Shown here: piece by piece, positions 19,058 through 28,972 of the stretch
Layout of the letters: every line of letters begins with the position of its first letter
Numbering within the stretch: position 1 is the stretch's first letter
Virus record (IMG/VR): IMGVR_UViG_3300032224_001181
Span: 1 to 52,469 of that record
From: a virus
Taxonomy: Duplodnaviria; Caudoviricetes
Reading direction: 5' to 3' (one strand)
DNA: 52,469 bases
Made by a program: the position numbers and the translations under genes
The notes under the pieces: model-generated
The model's database searches: none
What the model was told of the DNA's origin: nothing
The model's input: the letters and a program-made list of their open reading frames with translations, nothing else

Positions 19058-19710
19058 TTCGAGAATGGGTTGACAAAGTAATTGCCATATTCAGTTATAA
19101 AGCAGGAATACAAATACGAAAATGGAAGGATCACGGATTGTCAGTCGATCCCAACAACGCTGTTTGGTTTTTTGGATGTAGTCACGTATTTGGCACCGGC
19201 CTTGAACACAACGAAACAGCGCCTTATCAACTTGGTAGACTTTTAGGGCATAATGTAGTAAACTATGGAAGACCTGGTATAGGACCTTTAGCTATTAGAA
19301 CTCAAATAGAAGAATTGTTAAAAAAATATACCCCTAAAGCTATAATCGTTGCCTGGCCAAGTTTTGATAGATGGCAATCTGGGTCAGTACTGTGGATTCC
19401 GCAGTGTTTAACCGGAGTCAAAATGCATAACGATAACTTTGGTTGTAAGAAGTTATGGCCTGTAGAGTGGGAGCAATATAAAGATTTAGTAGTGAACGGA
19501 GGAATACGCAAATTAAATTTACAAGCTGTACAAGATACACGTAAGTTAGTTAACAATTTTCCGTATATAGAATTTAGTTATACCGAACAAGAGTTCGCGA
19601 CTCCGGTATATCCGTTTAAGGATTTAGCAAAAGATGGATCTCACCCCGGAGTTAACACACAATACGAAATTGCACAATGGATAAACAATGAATTACGCAT
19701 ATTATTATAA
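19054..19710 (+). CDS. SGNH-hydrolase-like protein
   Basis: FFGCSHVFG, VNYGRPG, DGSHPG. Confidence 0.65.
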   Translation: MIREWVDKVIAIFSYKAGIQIRKWKDHGLSVDPNNAVWFFGCSHVFGTGLEHNETAPYQLGRLLGHNVVNYGRPGIGPLAIRTQIEELLKKYTPKAIIVAWPSFDRWQSGSVLWIPQCLTGVKMHNDNFGCKKLWPVEWEQYKDLVVNGGIRKLNLQAVQDTRKLVNNFPYIEFSYTEQEFATPVYPFKDLAKDGSHPGVNTQYEIAQWINNELRILL

Positions 19711-20377
19711 CGATGTTCCGGGCGAAGAGCCTAGTAGAAATAATCTAATCTACACAAGTCTAATGTCGGAAGATAAAAAGACATTTGTACAATGGTATTA
19801 CAATGATACAGAGTATCATAAGGGGCAAAATGAAATAGTTGATTCCAAGCTAATGGAAGAAAAGTTTCATCGTGAGTTGCATTTTTTACATAACATGCAA
19901 CATCATAACCCAACAATGGTTCCTAAAATTTTAGAAGTAAACATTCCAGAACGTAAGATATACTTAGAAGTAGACGGAGCAGATTTTTGGAATCGTGCTA
20001 ACTGTGATCAAACAAACTATGACAGCATACTACCTAATTGGCAAGAACAGATGTTGGCGATACTGCAAGCACACAAAGATAGAGGCTGGTACAAGTTTAG
20101 TTTACACCCTAGCAGTTACTTTGTCGTAGACGGCATACTTAAAAGTATTAACTACTTCTTTACATATAGTAGTAATGAAGGTCCTATTAGTATTGCAGAT
20201 CATGCAAGTCATATATACAGCACACGACAAGAAATTATGCGCAAGCAGATAGAATCGCTAGGTCTCAGCTGGGATAAAAAAGAACCATTAGATAAACTAC
20301 AACATCTATGTTTTGAAAGTTTTAGAAATAACTACCCAGACAATTTTATAGAAAAGGCTAAAAGAATATATGATTAA
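19688..20377 (+). CDS. Hypothetical protein with degenerate kinase-like fold
   Basis: RELHFL..VPKILEV..IYLE, then SLHPSSYFV..LKSINYF where catalytic Asp motifs normally sit. Confidence 0.4.
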   Translation: MNYAYYYNDVPGEEPSRNNLIYTSLMSEDKKTFVQWYYNDTEYHKGQNEIVDSKLMEEKFHRELHFLHNMQHHNPTMVPKILEVNIPERKIYLEVDGADFWNRANCDQTNYDSILPNWQEQMLAILQAHKDRGWYKFSLHPSSYFVVDGILKSINYFFTYSSNEGPISIADHASHIYSTRQEIMRKQIESLGLSWDKKEPLDKLQHLCFESFRNNYPDNFIEKAKRIYD

Positions 20378-21164
20378 AGGAATTAACGGAAAATCTTATA
20401 TAGATATGTCTCCTTATCTTGATATGGATAGGTTTGATCAATTACAACCTGAGATCCTACGAGGATTCGCAGATGCTCGTGAATTTGCTAAAGAAGGTAC
20501 TTGGATGAAACCTGCTTTCAAGATAGAAGACATGAGTTATATTCCCAATTGGAAACCCATTTATCAAGCAATGGACGAGTTTATGGCATTGCCTAAAGAT
20601 GATCCTATCTACCAAGGTGGTATAGATTTGTTTAGAGACTTTCAAGACTTTTCTGTACGCAATAGATTCACACGCTATATTAAAATGGCCATGGGAGCAT
20701 ACGATCCTTACATTTATTATTTCTTATGGGAACAAGGTAGTTGGGATGATCGTAGCGCACCTCGAAAACTTACACCAGAAGCCGCATACTTCCCACAAAC
20801 TGTTGCATGGGTTGAAAATTTAATTACCAAAGGCATCTTTGAAAATATTGGCAGAGTCATTTTCTTCCACTGCGAAGCAGGAGGTATTCCGTTTGAGCAT
20901 AGAGACTTAGACGGTGAAAAGGGTTTACAAGAAGAGTATACCGATACTGTAAATGAGTTTATACATATACGTCCTAATCTAAAGAAACCATTCTACTTAT
21001 GGGATCCTGAAAAGCGCAATCATGTCTATATCAACAGCAGAGCCGCTTGGTGGAATGATCAAGACTGGCACGGAGGTAATGCTACTATGGAACAAAGCTA
21101 CGGCTTACGAATAGACGGAAAATTTACAGAAGAATTTAGATTACTTGTAACCAGTAAAGGTTAA
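20370..21164 (+). CDS. 2OG-Fe(II)/cupin-type oxygenase
   Basis: FEHRD ... DWHGG ... LRIDG. Confidence 0.55.
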   Translation: MIKGINGKSYIDMSPYLDMDRFDQLQPEILRGFADAREFAKEGTWMKPAFKIEDMSYIPNWKPIYQAMDEFMALPKDDPIYQGGIDLFRDFQDFSVRNRFTRYIKMAMGAYDPYIYYFLWEQGSWDDRSAPRKLTPEAAYFPQTVAWVENLITKGIFENIGRVIFFHCEAGGIPFEHRDLDGEKGLQEEYTDTVNEFIHIRPNLKKPFYLWDPEKRNHVYINSRAAWWNDQDWHGGNATMEQSYGLRIDGKFTEEFRLLVTSKG

Positions 21165-21686
21165 TAAGAACTTAGGAACTAACCCTATATTAGTTCCGGC
21201 ATGCCATGCATGGATGTGATCATATTGATAGATTGTACCTTGTGGTTCATTATAGTAAGCATCATGTTCTGTAACAAATATATGCCCAGGAGCTGGCTTA
21301 CTTAAGAAGCAAAAGTATCTAACCAATTCACCTAACTGCTCGTGTTCCTTTTCCCAAGGATTAATATCCCAGTGCCACGGAGTACACTTACCCGGACGTA
21401 TTTCACTTACCCAACACATTAACGGATGAGCACCAACTGCCGTACCAATAGCAACAGAATAGTTCTCGTGAAAATGTGTGCCTGATTGATAGTGTCTGTA
21501 TTCTACTGTATTTTCATTGTATCCTGCAGATGTTAGTATAGCAGTTTGACTAAGGTATTCGTTGTAATAGGGATTAGATTCTTCCAATACCATATGACCG
21601 TGACTAGGTTCAACATTATGAGTAATAAGTTCTTTAATTAAACTTTCACAGAGATGTTCCGTGAGTTTTCCAATATATAATTTCAT
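21141..21686 (-). CDS. 2OG-Fe(II) oxygenase-like, array member (most divergent)
   Basis: PGKCTPWHWD, PGHIF, WHAGTN.GLVPK. Confidence 0.65.
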   Translation of the reverse strand: MKLYIGKLTEHLCESLIKELITHNVEPSHGHMVLEESNPYYNEYLSQTAILTSAGYNENTVEYRHYQSGTHFHENYSVAIGTAVGAHPLMCWVSEIRPGKCTPWHWDINPWEKEHEQLGELVRYFCFLSKPAPGHIFVTEHDAYYNEPQGTIYQYDHIHAWHAGTNIGLVPKFLLTFTGYK

Positions 21687-22186
21687 GTGTAAGTACTGAC
21701 CTGTAGAACTAATCGAGGAGTAATGCTAACATTTGCGGCGCCGTGACTTGCTTGACTGTCATCGTATACAAATACATCACCTTGTTTATATTCTGTAAAT
21801 ACAACGTCTTTATAAACAAAGAAATGCCCGCCTGTGTAATCTTGCAAAGGCATCCAATAGCGGTTGCTATCTTGTTCGTAAATAGTATGTGGATCAACAT
21901 GTAGAGGCATACAGTTACCTGGCAACATCTTAGTAATCCACCAATGAAACTTTTTCCCTTCTAACCAAGGAGGATCTATTTTGAATGATACATTAGTTTT
22001 ATCAAACATATAGAAGTAGGCTTTGTTAGGATCGTAACCTGCCTTAATTGCCTTATCATATTGTTCTTGCATAGAAGGACTATCAGGTTGTTGACCTTCT
22101 TTAAATCTAGCATATCCTTCAGTCCCTAGCAATTCATCAATCCAAGATTGCTGTATCCAATCTTTATAATTTCCTATAAAATTCAT
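21683..22186 (-). CDS. 2OG-Fe(II) oxygenase-like, array member
   Basis: FIGNYKDW, PG.CMPLHVD, RYWMP, GDVF, HGAAN..PR..LQ. Confidence 0.7.
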   Translation of the reverse strand: MNFIGNYKDWIQQSWIDELLGTEGYARFKEGQQPDSPSMQEQYDKAIKAGYDPNKAYFYMFDKTNVSFKIDPPWLEGKKFHWWITKMLPGNCMPLHVDPHTIYEQDSNRYWMPLQDYTGGHFFVYKDVVFTEYKQGDVFVYDDSQASHGAANVSITPRLVLQVSTYT

Positions 22187-22728
22187 CAGTCATAGGTCCT
22201 TATTTGTAATACTGTTCTAGTAGAATATCCAATGTTACATCCAGTGTGCCATTCATATGAGTCGTCAAATTGAAACACATCTCCTTTTTTGTAATGAGAT
22301 ATAGTTTTGTCTGCGTACACAAAGATATGACCAGGTTCCCAATCATTTAAAGGAATCCAATATGTATAACAGCCATCATTGGCACAGGTTAAATCTCTAT
22401 GCCACGGCATGTACTGTCCGGGGTGTTGTCGTACTATCCACCATCCTGCATTTTTAGGTCTTCCAAAATTAATAGTTTCAGCAATGTCAAATGGGCAGTT
22501 ATGACTATCAAATCCTTCATAATTTATACCGTGCGGATCATAACCCCCGATGGTGTACCATTCGAGTTCATCTTGATTTAATTCCCATGAGTTTTCTCCC
22601 AAGAGTGTGTTTGCTGTCATATCTTTTGGAAGATCTAAATCTTTTGGAAACTGAAGGGCAGGACACGTTTTTAAATACTCAAGCCATTCCGGCTTTATAA
22701 GATGCCATACATTATCTATAACTTTCAT
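22186..22728 (-). CDS. 2OG-Fe(II) oxygenase-like, array member
   Basis: PGQYMPWHRD, YWIP..DWEPGHIF, GDVF, WHTGCN..R.VLQ. Confidence 0.7.
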   Translation of the reverse strand: MKVIDNVWHLIKPEWLEYLKTCPALQFPKDLDLPKDMTANTLLGENSWELNQDELEWYTIGGYDPHGINYEGFDSHNCPFDIAETINFGRPKNAGWWIVRQHPGQYMPWHRDLTCANDGCYTYWIPLNDWEPGHIFVYADKTISHYKKGDVFQFDDSYEWHTGCNIGYSTRTVLQIRTYD

Positions 22729-22746
22729 AGGTCTCTTTCGGTATGT

Positions 22747-23244
22747 TTACTCGTAGGATCTAACTTGTAAAACTATTCTAGGAACTGATCCTATGTTTAT
22801 AGCACAATGTTTTATCGATGCATCATATTCGTACACATCACCTTTTTTATAATTTATAACAGTTTGATCTTCGTACATGAATATATGTCCGTCTTTCCAG
22901 TCTTGCCAAGGCATCCAATAACTCTTGGCATTTTTCCTAGTTGCCATTGCCAAATCACCGTGTACAGGAATAAACTGCCCTGGCATCATTTTAACTATCC
23001 ACCAATCCCAACTCTGCGGACTCCATGGGGGAGTTATTTCAAATGAGCAGTCGTCTTTGTAAAATGCAGAGAAAAAATGGTCAGACATCTTATATCCGGA
23101 TGAAAACCATTTTCGCTCATCTTCGTTTAATTGTACTTGTGGATCTTTAGAGAGATCTCTAGGAACTGTCCACCCATCATTTGACAAGATTTCGTCAATC
23201 CATTCTTGTTCAATCCAAGTTGCATAATTTCCTATGAAGTTCAA
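22747..23244 (-). CDS. 2OG-Fe(II) oxygenase-like, array member
   Basis: TTG start; PGQFIPVHGD, YWMPW.DW..GHIF, HCAIN..PRIVLQ. Confidence 0.7.
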   Translation of the reverse strand: MNFIGNYATWIEQEWIDEILSNDGWTVPRDLSKDPQVQLNEDERKWFSSGYKMSDHFFSAFYKDDCSFEITPPWSPQSWDWWIVKMMPGQFIPVHGDLAMATRKNAKSYWMPWQDWKDGHIFMYEDQTVINYKKGDVYEYDASIKHCAINIGSVPRIVLQVRSYE

Positions 23245-23816
23245 ACTATACCTCTATTTGGTCGCCAGGTTGTTATTTGCAACGCCACTCTAGTTAGCTG
23301 GCCTGCATTTGCGGCACCGTGTAAAATAAACGGATCTTCAAATTTATAAACGTCACCAGCTTTATATTTGATAATAGCGTCGTCCTCAGTCATTAATACC
23401 TGTCCTGGTTCCCAATCAGTCCATGCCATCCAATACTTATAAGTTGGTTTAGTTACTGAATAACTATCTCTGTGCATTGGAGTAAATTTGCCAGGTTCTA
23501 GTTTAGTAATCCACCAAGCAAACGGGCCGTCGAACTCTAAAAACGGTGGCCTATCTTCTAATAGATTAAAACTTACATCGGGAGCATCAAACATTACAAA
23601 GAATACATTATTTTCGTATTCGTAACTCATCTGTTGCCAATCTTTGTGTTCTTCTTCCCAGTTGTCTTCGTCAAAATTTCCAAGTATGGCTTTTTGTACC
23701 ATTTCTTCGTGTGCTCGATAGTCTTTAGGTATTTGGGGGCCTGGGGTATCAAGCACTTCTCTCAACCATTCAGGTTTAATCCAGTCTGCATAATTTCCTA
23801 AATATTTTAAACTCAT
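23241..23816 (-). CDS. 2OG-Fe(II) oxygenase-like, array member
   Basis: LGNYADW, PGKFTPMHRD, YWMAW.DWEPG, HGAAN..R.ALQ. Confidence 0.7.
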   Translation of the reverse strand: MSLKYLGNYADWIKPEWLREVLDTPGPQIPKDYRAHEEMVQKAILGNFDEDNWEEEHKDWQQMSYEYENNVFFVMFDAPDVSFNLLEDRPPFLEFDGPFAWWITKLEPGKFTPMHRDSYSVTKPTYKYWMAWTDWEPGQVLMTEDDAIIKYKAGDVYKFEDPFILHGAANAGQLTRVALQITTWRPNRGIV

Positions 23817-24277
23817 TGTTCTTTTCCTTTTAATATTTCGATTATCCTGTTGGAATTAGCGGCCCGCAAACTTGCTACAGACTCGGGATTAATTCGATTG
23901 GTTAAATTGTTAAAATCTAAATTGTCAGCAACAATATTGAGATAATTTATATTCCAAAACCATCCTGCTGAATCAATAGCGCCTGCCAATGTTTTACTAT
24001 ATTTATTGGCCTCTTCTAAGGGTAATTTTAGGTATGTTGAAAATTGCCTTTTATATACATCATTGATTGGACTTAACTTTTCTAAATCTTTAAAACCTTT
24101 TGATTTCAATTCAAATTGATCTATAAATCCTGCTACACGCGGTTCTGCTGTTATTCTGTACTTAGGAAGTATATCTTGAAAAACTAAAAACAATTCGTTA
24201 ACATCACCTTCGTATAGAGATAGACTCTGTTCTAGTTTTGTGACAGTAAATTCAAATACAAATTTAAAGTTATGCAT
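23813..24277 (-). CDS. GH19 lysozyme/chitinase-derived protein lacking the catalytic core
   Basis: Start at ATG 24277 (TAATG coupling); ILPKYRI..RVAGFIDQ and AIDSAGWFW..LN..AD..DF..LT.RIN match GH19 endolysin ends; HES and GRG.IQLTG..NY are absent. Confidence 0.65.
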   Translation of the reverse strand: MHNFKFVFEFTVTKLEQSLSLYEGDVNELFLVFQDILPKYRITAEPRVAGFIDQFELKSKGFKDLEKLSPINDVYKRQFSTYLKLPLEEANKYSKTLAGAIDSAGWFWNINYLNIVADNLDFNNLTNRINPESVASLRAANSNRIIEILKGKEQ

Positions 24278-25080
24278 TATATAAATGTTGAGTAAAGGTG
24301 CTGTGCAAAGCGTTCTTGTACTATCTCCTTTGGGTGACCCCATAATAGTTTATCATGAGGACCTTCTGTAAAGGAATCAATATCTCTTGTTCCTATTAGC
24401 ATATCTGTATGCTCTAGAATCAATGAATTAAAAAGATCTTTATTATAACTTTGAAGATTTACAGTAGATAATTTCATAGAAGGCACTAGGAACATAAAAT
24501 GAGTCCTTCGTAACAACGCAAAACTTTGTAAAAAATTTATATAATCCCACGTGATCCTATCGTCATTAAACCAACCAATTATAGCATTATCTGCTTCAGG
24601 GGTTATTACCGTTGTTACATTTCCTGATTTGGTTACCCCTAATATTCTACCCATTTCAGGACCGCTGGCAGAGGCTATCTGAAAAGCCATAGGGTATCCT
24701 TCACCAAAATAAACATTTCTCTCTGCTTTGGTTCTACTAAACAAAATTATATCATCTTCGTTAATTCCATAAGTGTGTTTAAAATTTAAAAATTCCCATA
24801 GCATGTTTTGAAGTGAGTTTCCACCTTTAGAAAAATTTAAACATTCGATATCTAATAATTTTGCTAATTTTGCAGGCCAAGCATGCTCTAATTGACGTTT
24901 CTTTATTTCCTCAAGTTGTTTACCCTTCCCAGAACTGTCAATCTTATCTAACCAAATTCGAGGATCATGTGTAGTATTTTTCCTTAAAATTTCTAGGTCT
25001 TTGCCTAATTCGTGATAGAGTATTTCCTCACCGGACGAGTAACTGCATCCAAATACCAAAAGTCTTTTAAAATTATGCAT
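24277..25080 (-). CDS. SGNH-hydrolase-like protein
   Basis: VFGCSYSSG, WPAKLA, NFSKGGNS, WGHP. Confidence 0.65.
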   Translation of the reverse strand: MHNFKRLLVFGCSYSSGEEILYHELGKDLEILRKNTTHDPRIWLDKIDSSGKGKQLEEIKKRQLEHAWPAKLAKLLDIECLNFSKGGNSLQNMLWEFLNFKHTYGINEDDIILFSRTKAERNVYFGEGYPMAFQIASASGPEMGRILGVTKSGNVTTVITPEADNAIIGWFNDDRITWDYINFLQSFALLRRTHFMFLVPSMKLSTVNLQSYNKDLFNSLILEHTDMLIGTRDIDSFTEGPHDKLLWGHPKEIVQERFAQHLYSTFI

Positions 25081-25630
25081 GGTCTATGTCAAATGTAGTA
25101 ATTTGGAATGTTATACGAGGAGTTAAAGAAATATTGGCTGCACCATGAATTCCAAAAGGATCTGGGAACTGATAGACATCACCTGCTTTATAATTTGTTA
25201 ACATACTGTCCTTGTAAATGTATATATGACCCTCTGTCCAGTCGAGCCAAGGCATCCAATATCTTTTGCAATTTTTTTCAAATTTGGTTGCACGGTCACT
25301 ATGTATCGGTAATAAGTGTCCTGGTCTGTATTTGAACAAATTCCAATAGTATCCCTGCCCTTCTTTAAGTTGAATAAAGGGGGGTAACGGGATATCAAAG
25401 GGCATGTCGTCATTTTCAAATATATAGTATAGTAAGGAATTATGTGTGTATCCAACTTCTTCGTATTTTTTTTGATACTCGCAAAATTCAGCACGTTCTC
25501 CCCTAGCAATAGCATCGAGAATACCGTTCTGCTCAAATTCCCATCTAGGCATTTCTTTTCCATTATGGGCCAATACGTAATTAACCCAGTCATCGTTTAG
25601 CCAATCTTTATAATTTCCAATAAAATTCAT
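25073..25630 (-). CDS. 2OG-Fe(II) oxygenase-like, array member
   Basis: FIGNYKDW, PGHLLPIHSD, RYWMPW.DW..GH, HGAAN..PRITFQ. Confidence 0.7.
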   Translation of the reverse strand: MNFIGNYKDWLNDDWVNYVLAHNGKEMPRWEFEQNGILDAIARGERAEFCEYQKKYEEVGYTHNSLLYYIFENDDMPFDIPLPPFIQLKEGQGYYWNLFKYRPGHLLPIHSDRATKFEKNCKRYWMPWLDWTEGHIYIYKDSMLTNYKAGDVYQFPDPFGIHGAANISLTPRITFQITTFDIDHA

Positions 25631-26133
25631 ATACTATTCCTTATCACTCCTATATTAAGAGTTATTCTTGGTACTAACCCAATGTTTGCGGCGCCGTGTA
25701 ACGCTTCAGGATCATCAAACGTGTACAAATCTCCTGCTTTATAGTTGCTAATTATAGAATCCTTGTAGGAAAAAATATGTCCGTTATCCCAATCAGTCCA
25801 CGGCATCCAAAATCTTTCAATATTGTCTATAATTCCAATCTTAGGATCAACATGCACTGGCATAAATTGTCCCGGCATCATTTTAACTATCCACCATCTT
25901 ATCTCACCGGAGGGTAATCCGGGTATTGTCAATTTAAAAGATACATCTCTTTTTTCAAACAGAGAGTAGTAAAATGCATTTAAATCATATCCTGCTTTTT
26001 CAACCCGGATATCTTCGGAATGCATTGAATTGTTTTTTAATAAATCTTTTGGAGATTGTTGGCCATCTGATTTTAGAATTTCGGAAATCCAGGAATCATC
26101 TAACCAATCTTTATAATTTCCAATACACTTCAT
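25627..26133 (-). CDS. 2OG-Fe(II) oxygenase-like, array member
   Basis: Start ATG 26133 with GGAGG RBS; PGQFMPVHVD, FWMPW.DW..GHIF, HGAANIGLVPR. Confidence 0.7.
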   Translation of the reverse strand: MKCIGNYKDWLDDSWISEILKSDGQQSPKDLLKNNSMHSEDIRVEKAGYDLNAFYYSLFEKRDVSFKLTIPGLPSGEIRWWIVKMMPGQFMPVHVDPKIGIIDNIERFWMPWTDWDNGHIFSYKDSIISNYKAGDLYTFDDPEALHGAANIGLVPRITLNIGVIRNSI

Positions 26134-26160
26134 TATTTTACCCTCCACACATTATATAAT

Positions 26161-26188
26161 TAAATAATGTACTAACATAATATTTATA
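26161..26188. promoter_or_regulatory. Crossed TAAATA boxes (+26161-26166; - TATAAATA 26181-26188)
   Basis: Divergent junction; - copy is a perfect T4 late consensus. Confidence 0.65.
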
Positions 26189-26193
26189 TAGGC

Positions 26194-27159
26194 ATGATCC
26201 TGAAGAAATTTAATCTAATACCACTTGATAGCATAACAAAGTTTGGACAGCAGACAATGTTAGATAGACCATTGTTCAATGTTAGCTGGATCTTAGGTAG
26301 ATTTTGTAACTATAAGTGTAGTTATTGCTGGCCCTATGCTCGCAGTGATAAGTTAGATTACCTGCCACTGGATACCTACAAAAATATCACAACTGAAATA
26401 AAGAGGCAAGCTCGAGCTAACGGATTTAATCAATTTCATTGGAGCTTTAGCGGAGGAGAACCTACTGCATACAAACAGTTGCCAGAACTGATCAAGCACC
26501 TGGACGAAACTGAAAGCAGTTATCAAAGCATACACATGACAACCAATTTGTCACCTGGCTCAAAATGGTGGAATACTTGGTGTGCTAATACTTCTCTATT
26601 ACAGCGTAGAAGCATCACGGCCAGCTATCACGCAGAGTTTGCCAAAGAACAAGAGTTTGGTGACAAATGCTTGCAATTAATGTACGAACGTGTTCATGTA
26701 ACAGTTAACCAAGTCATGGTGCCCGAGAAGTTTTTTGAAACCTTAGAACGCTGTGAACGATTACGTGCTAGAGGAATTAACGTAACACTCAAACCGCAGA
26801 GCAATGATACTGCTACTGCTATTGTAGACGGCTACACTCCTGAGATGATCGATATAATGCAAAATGATTTTGAACAACAGGAAGGCTATCAAATTAGATT
26901 GACTGACGGGCAACAGGATTATTACATAGATCAAGCAGAGCGATTTAATGCATTAGGATTTAATAAATTTCAAGGATGGTCTTGTAATAGCGGATATCAA
27001 AGTGTTATAATAAGAGGTAATGAAGTTAAAAGAGGTTATAGCTGTGGAGATCTGCCAATAGGAACTGTAGACAGTTTTAAACTATTTGATTCTCCGCAAA
27101 AATGTATAACGCCAAGATGCGTTAGTTCAGCAGATAGTAAGGTACCAAAATGCAAATAG
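26194..27159 (+). CDS. Radical SAM protein with C-terminal Cys-rich (twitch/SPASM-like) region
   Basis: CNYKCSYC, SGGEP, TTN; WSC..G, SC, C...RC...D. Confidence 0.9.
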   Translation: MILKKFNLIPLDSITKFGQQTMLDRPLFNVSWILGRFCNYKCSYCWPYARSDKLDYLPLDTYKNITTEIKRQARANGFNQFHWSFSGGEPTAYKQLPELIKHLDETESSYQSIHMTTNLSPGSKWWNTWCANTSLLQRRSITASYHAEFAKEQEFGDKCLQLMYERVHVTVNQVMVPEKFFETLERCERLRARGINVTLKPQSNDTATAIVDGYTPEMIDIMQNDFEQQEGYQIRLTDGQQDYYIDQAERFNALGFNKFQGWSCNSGYQSVIIRGNEVKRGYSCGDLPIGTVDSFKLFDSPQKCITPRCVSSADSKVPKCK

Positions 27160-27797
27160 ATACAGAACATTTACACTATTGGATGCAGGCCATCCGACAA
27201 AGTCCAGATCCCATGCGGACTATGGATGCCTTCTGGGAAGGCCAGCTGAAAAGCAAAGAGTGGCTAATCGACAAATTCTTTAACACACAGCACGAGTGGC
27301 AACCTGCTTTGTTAGGAAAACAATCACCTTTTAGAAAAAACAAAATAAACATTCACATCCATGGAGGGTGGGTTGGTGTATTAGCCAGTATGTTATTTCA
27401 GTATGGTGGGGATAGAATAGGAAAAATTACCAGCATAGACATAGACCCTAGTTGTCAACCAATAGCTTCTATGATGAATAAGAAAGAAGAGATGGAAGGA
27501 CGATTCGAAGCAGTAACAGCCGACATGGTCGACTATGAATGCAACTGGGACGATGTTGATGTTATTATTAATACAAGTGCAGAACACTTAACAGAACAAC
27601 AGTATATTGACTGGCGCATGAGTCATCCGTTACACGTTATATTAGTAGTGCAGAGTAACAACTATAAAATTCCAGAACATGTTTCCCCAATGGAGAGTTT
27701 GGAAGAATTTAAAAACTTTTCTAGAATGCGATGCTGGTGGAAGGGAGAGTTAGAATTGCCGTTATATAATCGTTATATGATTATTGGCAAACCTTAA
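27150..27797 (+). CDS. Class I SAM-dependent methyltransferase-like protein
   Basis: IHGGWVGVLA motif I, SIDID, INTSAEH. Confidence 0.7.
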   Translation: MQIDTEHLHYWMQAIRQSPDPMRTMDAFWEGQLKSKEWLIDKFFNTQHEWQPALLGKQSPFRKNKINIHIHGGWVGVLASMLFQYGGDRIGKITSIDIDPSCQPIASMMNKKEEMEGRFEAVTADMVDYECNWDDVDVIINTSAEHLTEQQYIDWRMSHPLHVILVVQSNNYKIPEHVSPMESLEEFKNFSRMRCWWKGELELPLYNRYMIIGKP

Positions 27798-28942
27798 TCG
27801 TAGGTGTGCCAAGTAGGCATACTTGTAAATCCGTCTGCGGCTCTTACAGACTGATGTACTACAATGTTGTTAAATTCTTTTAATCTAGTTAACAATTGAA
27901 GTTCTCTTCTGCGCCTATATTCTAAACTACAGAAAAACGCTGTTCCTTCATAAGCAAATATATTTGTTAAATTAACAAAAGTATTTGCATCTCGATCTAG
28001 TATAGACAAATCAATATCAGTGTGTAAGATATCTATGTGCATAAACTGATATAACACATTGCTTAATTTAGGGACATGTTCTTTCCAGTAATTAAGTGCG
28101 GCTAGGTTATAGTCATATATTATTACTTTAGTAGTAACCGACTGATCTATCATATCAACCCAAGATAAGCCACTTGCTGGTACAAGCAGTTGTTGATACA
28201 ATCCTACTGGTATAGCATTATCTGTGCTTTCTAAATGTATGAATTCATTAGCACAATAAGACTGTCGTATATATGCCCAAGGAAGATGTTTGTAAAACTC
28301 TGTAGGGTTCTCTGGATAGAAATGTTTTTTATTATTCCTTATATCGTCATCAAATATTAAAATTGTTTCGTTGTTATTAAATGCAAGTTGCAGTATATTC
28401 CATCCGTGTGCTTTATGATTGTATTCTCGAGATGTATATCCTTGTTTGACCCACACCGGAGTATAATTGTCATGCAGATTATTATCGCTACGAATTGGAG
28501 TTACCTCTACGTGCAAGGCACCTAATTCTTGCTGTCCTATTTCTGGATATCCTAGTTGTTTATATTTTATCAGGTTAACCACATAGCATTGATGATGCAG
28601 TTCATAATACGCATCTCCCCTATCAAGGATATGTCCAGCAATAAAAAATTCTTTAGAAATTAAAGAGCCGATGTTTTCAAAAAACTTATCACCATTTATA
28701 AACTCTGTGCCTGTGCTGAATACAACTGCACAGTTGTAACCCAAATTAGCTGTGTGATTTAACAAGCTATCTTCACAGGTTCCTTGATAAACATTATACC
28801 CTTTTGAATAAAGATTAGTAATCGTATAATCAGATTGATTCTTTATTAGTTCTTTGATAGAACTTTGGTATGTGTTTGTATTATCAACAAAACAGAACGC
28901 AATGTTATTGCGAGAAAAGTTTTCAAAGCTAATAATGTTCAT
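27794..28942 (-). CDS. Hypothetical protein
   Basis: 382-aa ORF; GHILD..YYELHHQC, HDNYTP motifs; function not recognised. Confidence 0.75.
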   Translation of the reverse strand: MNIISFENFSRNNIAFCFVDNTNTYQSSIKELIKNQSDYTITNLYSKGYNVYQGTCEDSLLNHTANLGYNCAVVFSTGTEFINGDKFFENIGSLISKEFFIAGHILDRGDAYYELHHQCYVVNLIKYKQLGYPEIGQQELGALHVEVTPIRSDNNLHDNYTPVWVKQGYTSREYNHKAHGWNILQLAFNNNETILIFDDDIRNNKKHFYPENPTEFYKHLPWAYIRQSYCANEFIHLESTDNAIPVGLYQQLLVPASGLSWVDMIDQSVTTKVIIYDYNLAALNYWKEHVPKLSNVLYQFMHIDILHTDIDLSILDRDANTFVNLTNIFAYEGTAFFCSLEYRRRRELQLLTRLKEFNNIVVHQSVRAADGFTSMPTWHTYD

Positions 28943-28954
28943 GCGTTAATCTCT

Positions 28955-28972
28955 TAAATATGTGGGTATTTA
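28955..28972. promoter_or_regulatory. Crossed TAAATA boxes (+28955-28960, -28967-28972)
   Basis: Divergent junction motif pair. Confidence 0.6.

Noticed and set aside
24263-25080. Adjacent genes both start MHNFK
   Set aside because: Similarity stops after five codons and the proteins are unrelated; likely chance in AT-rich DNA
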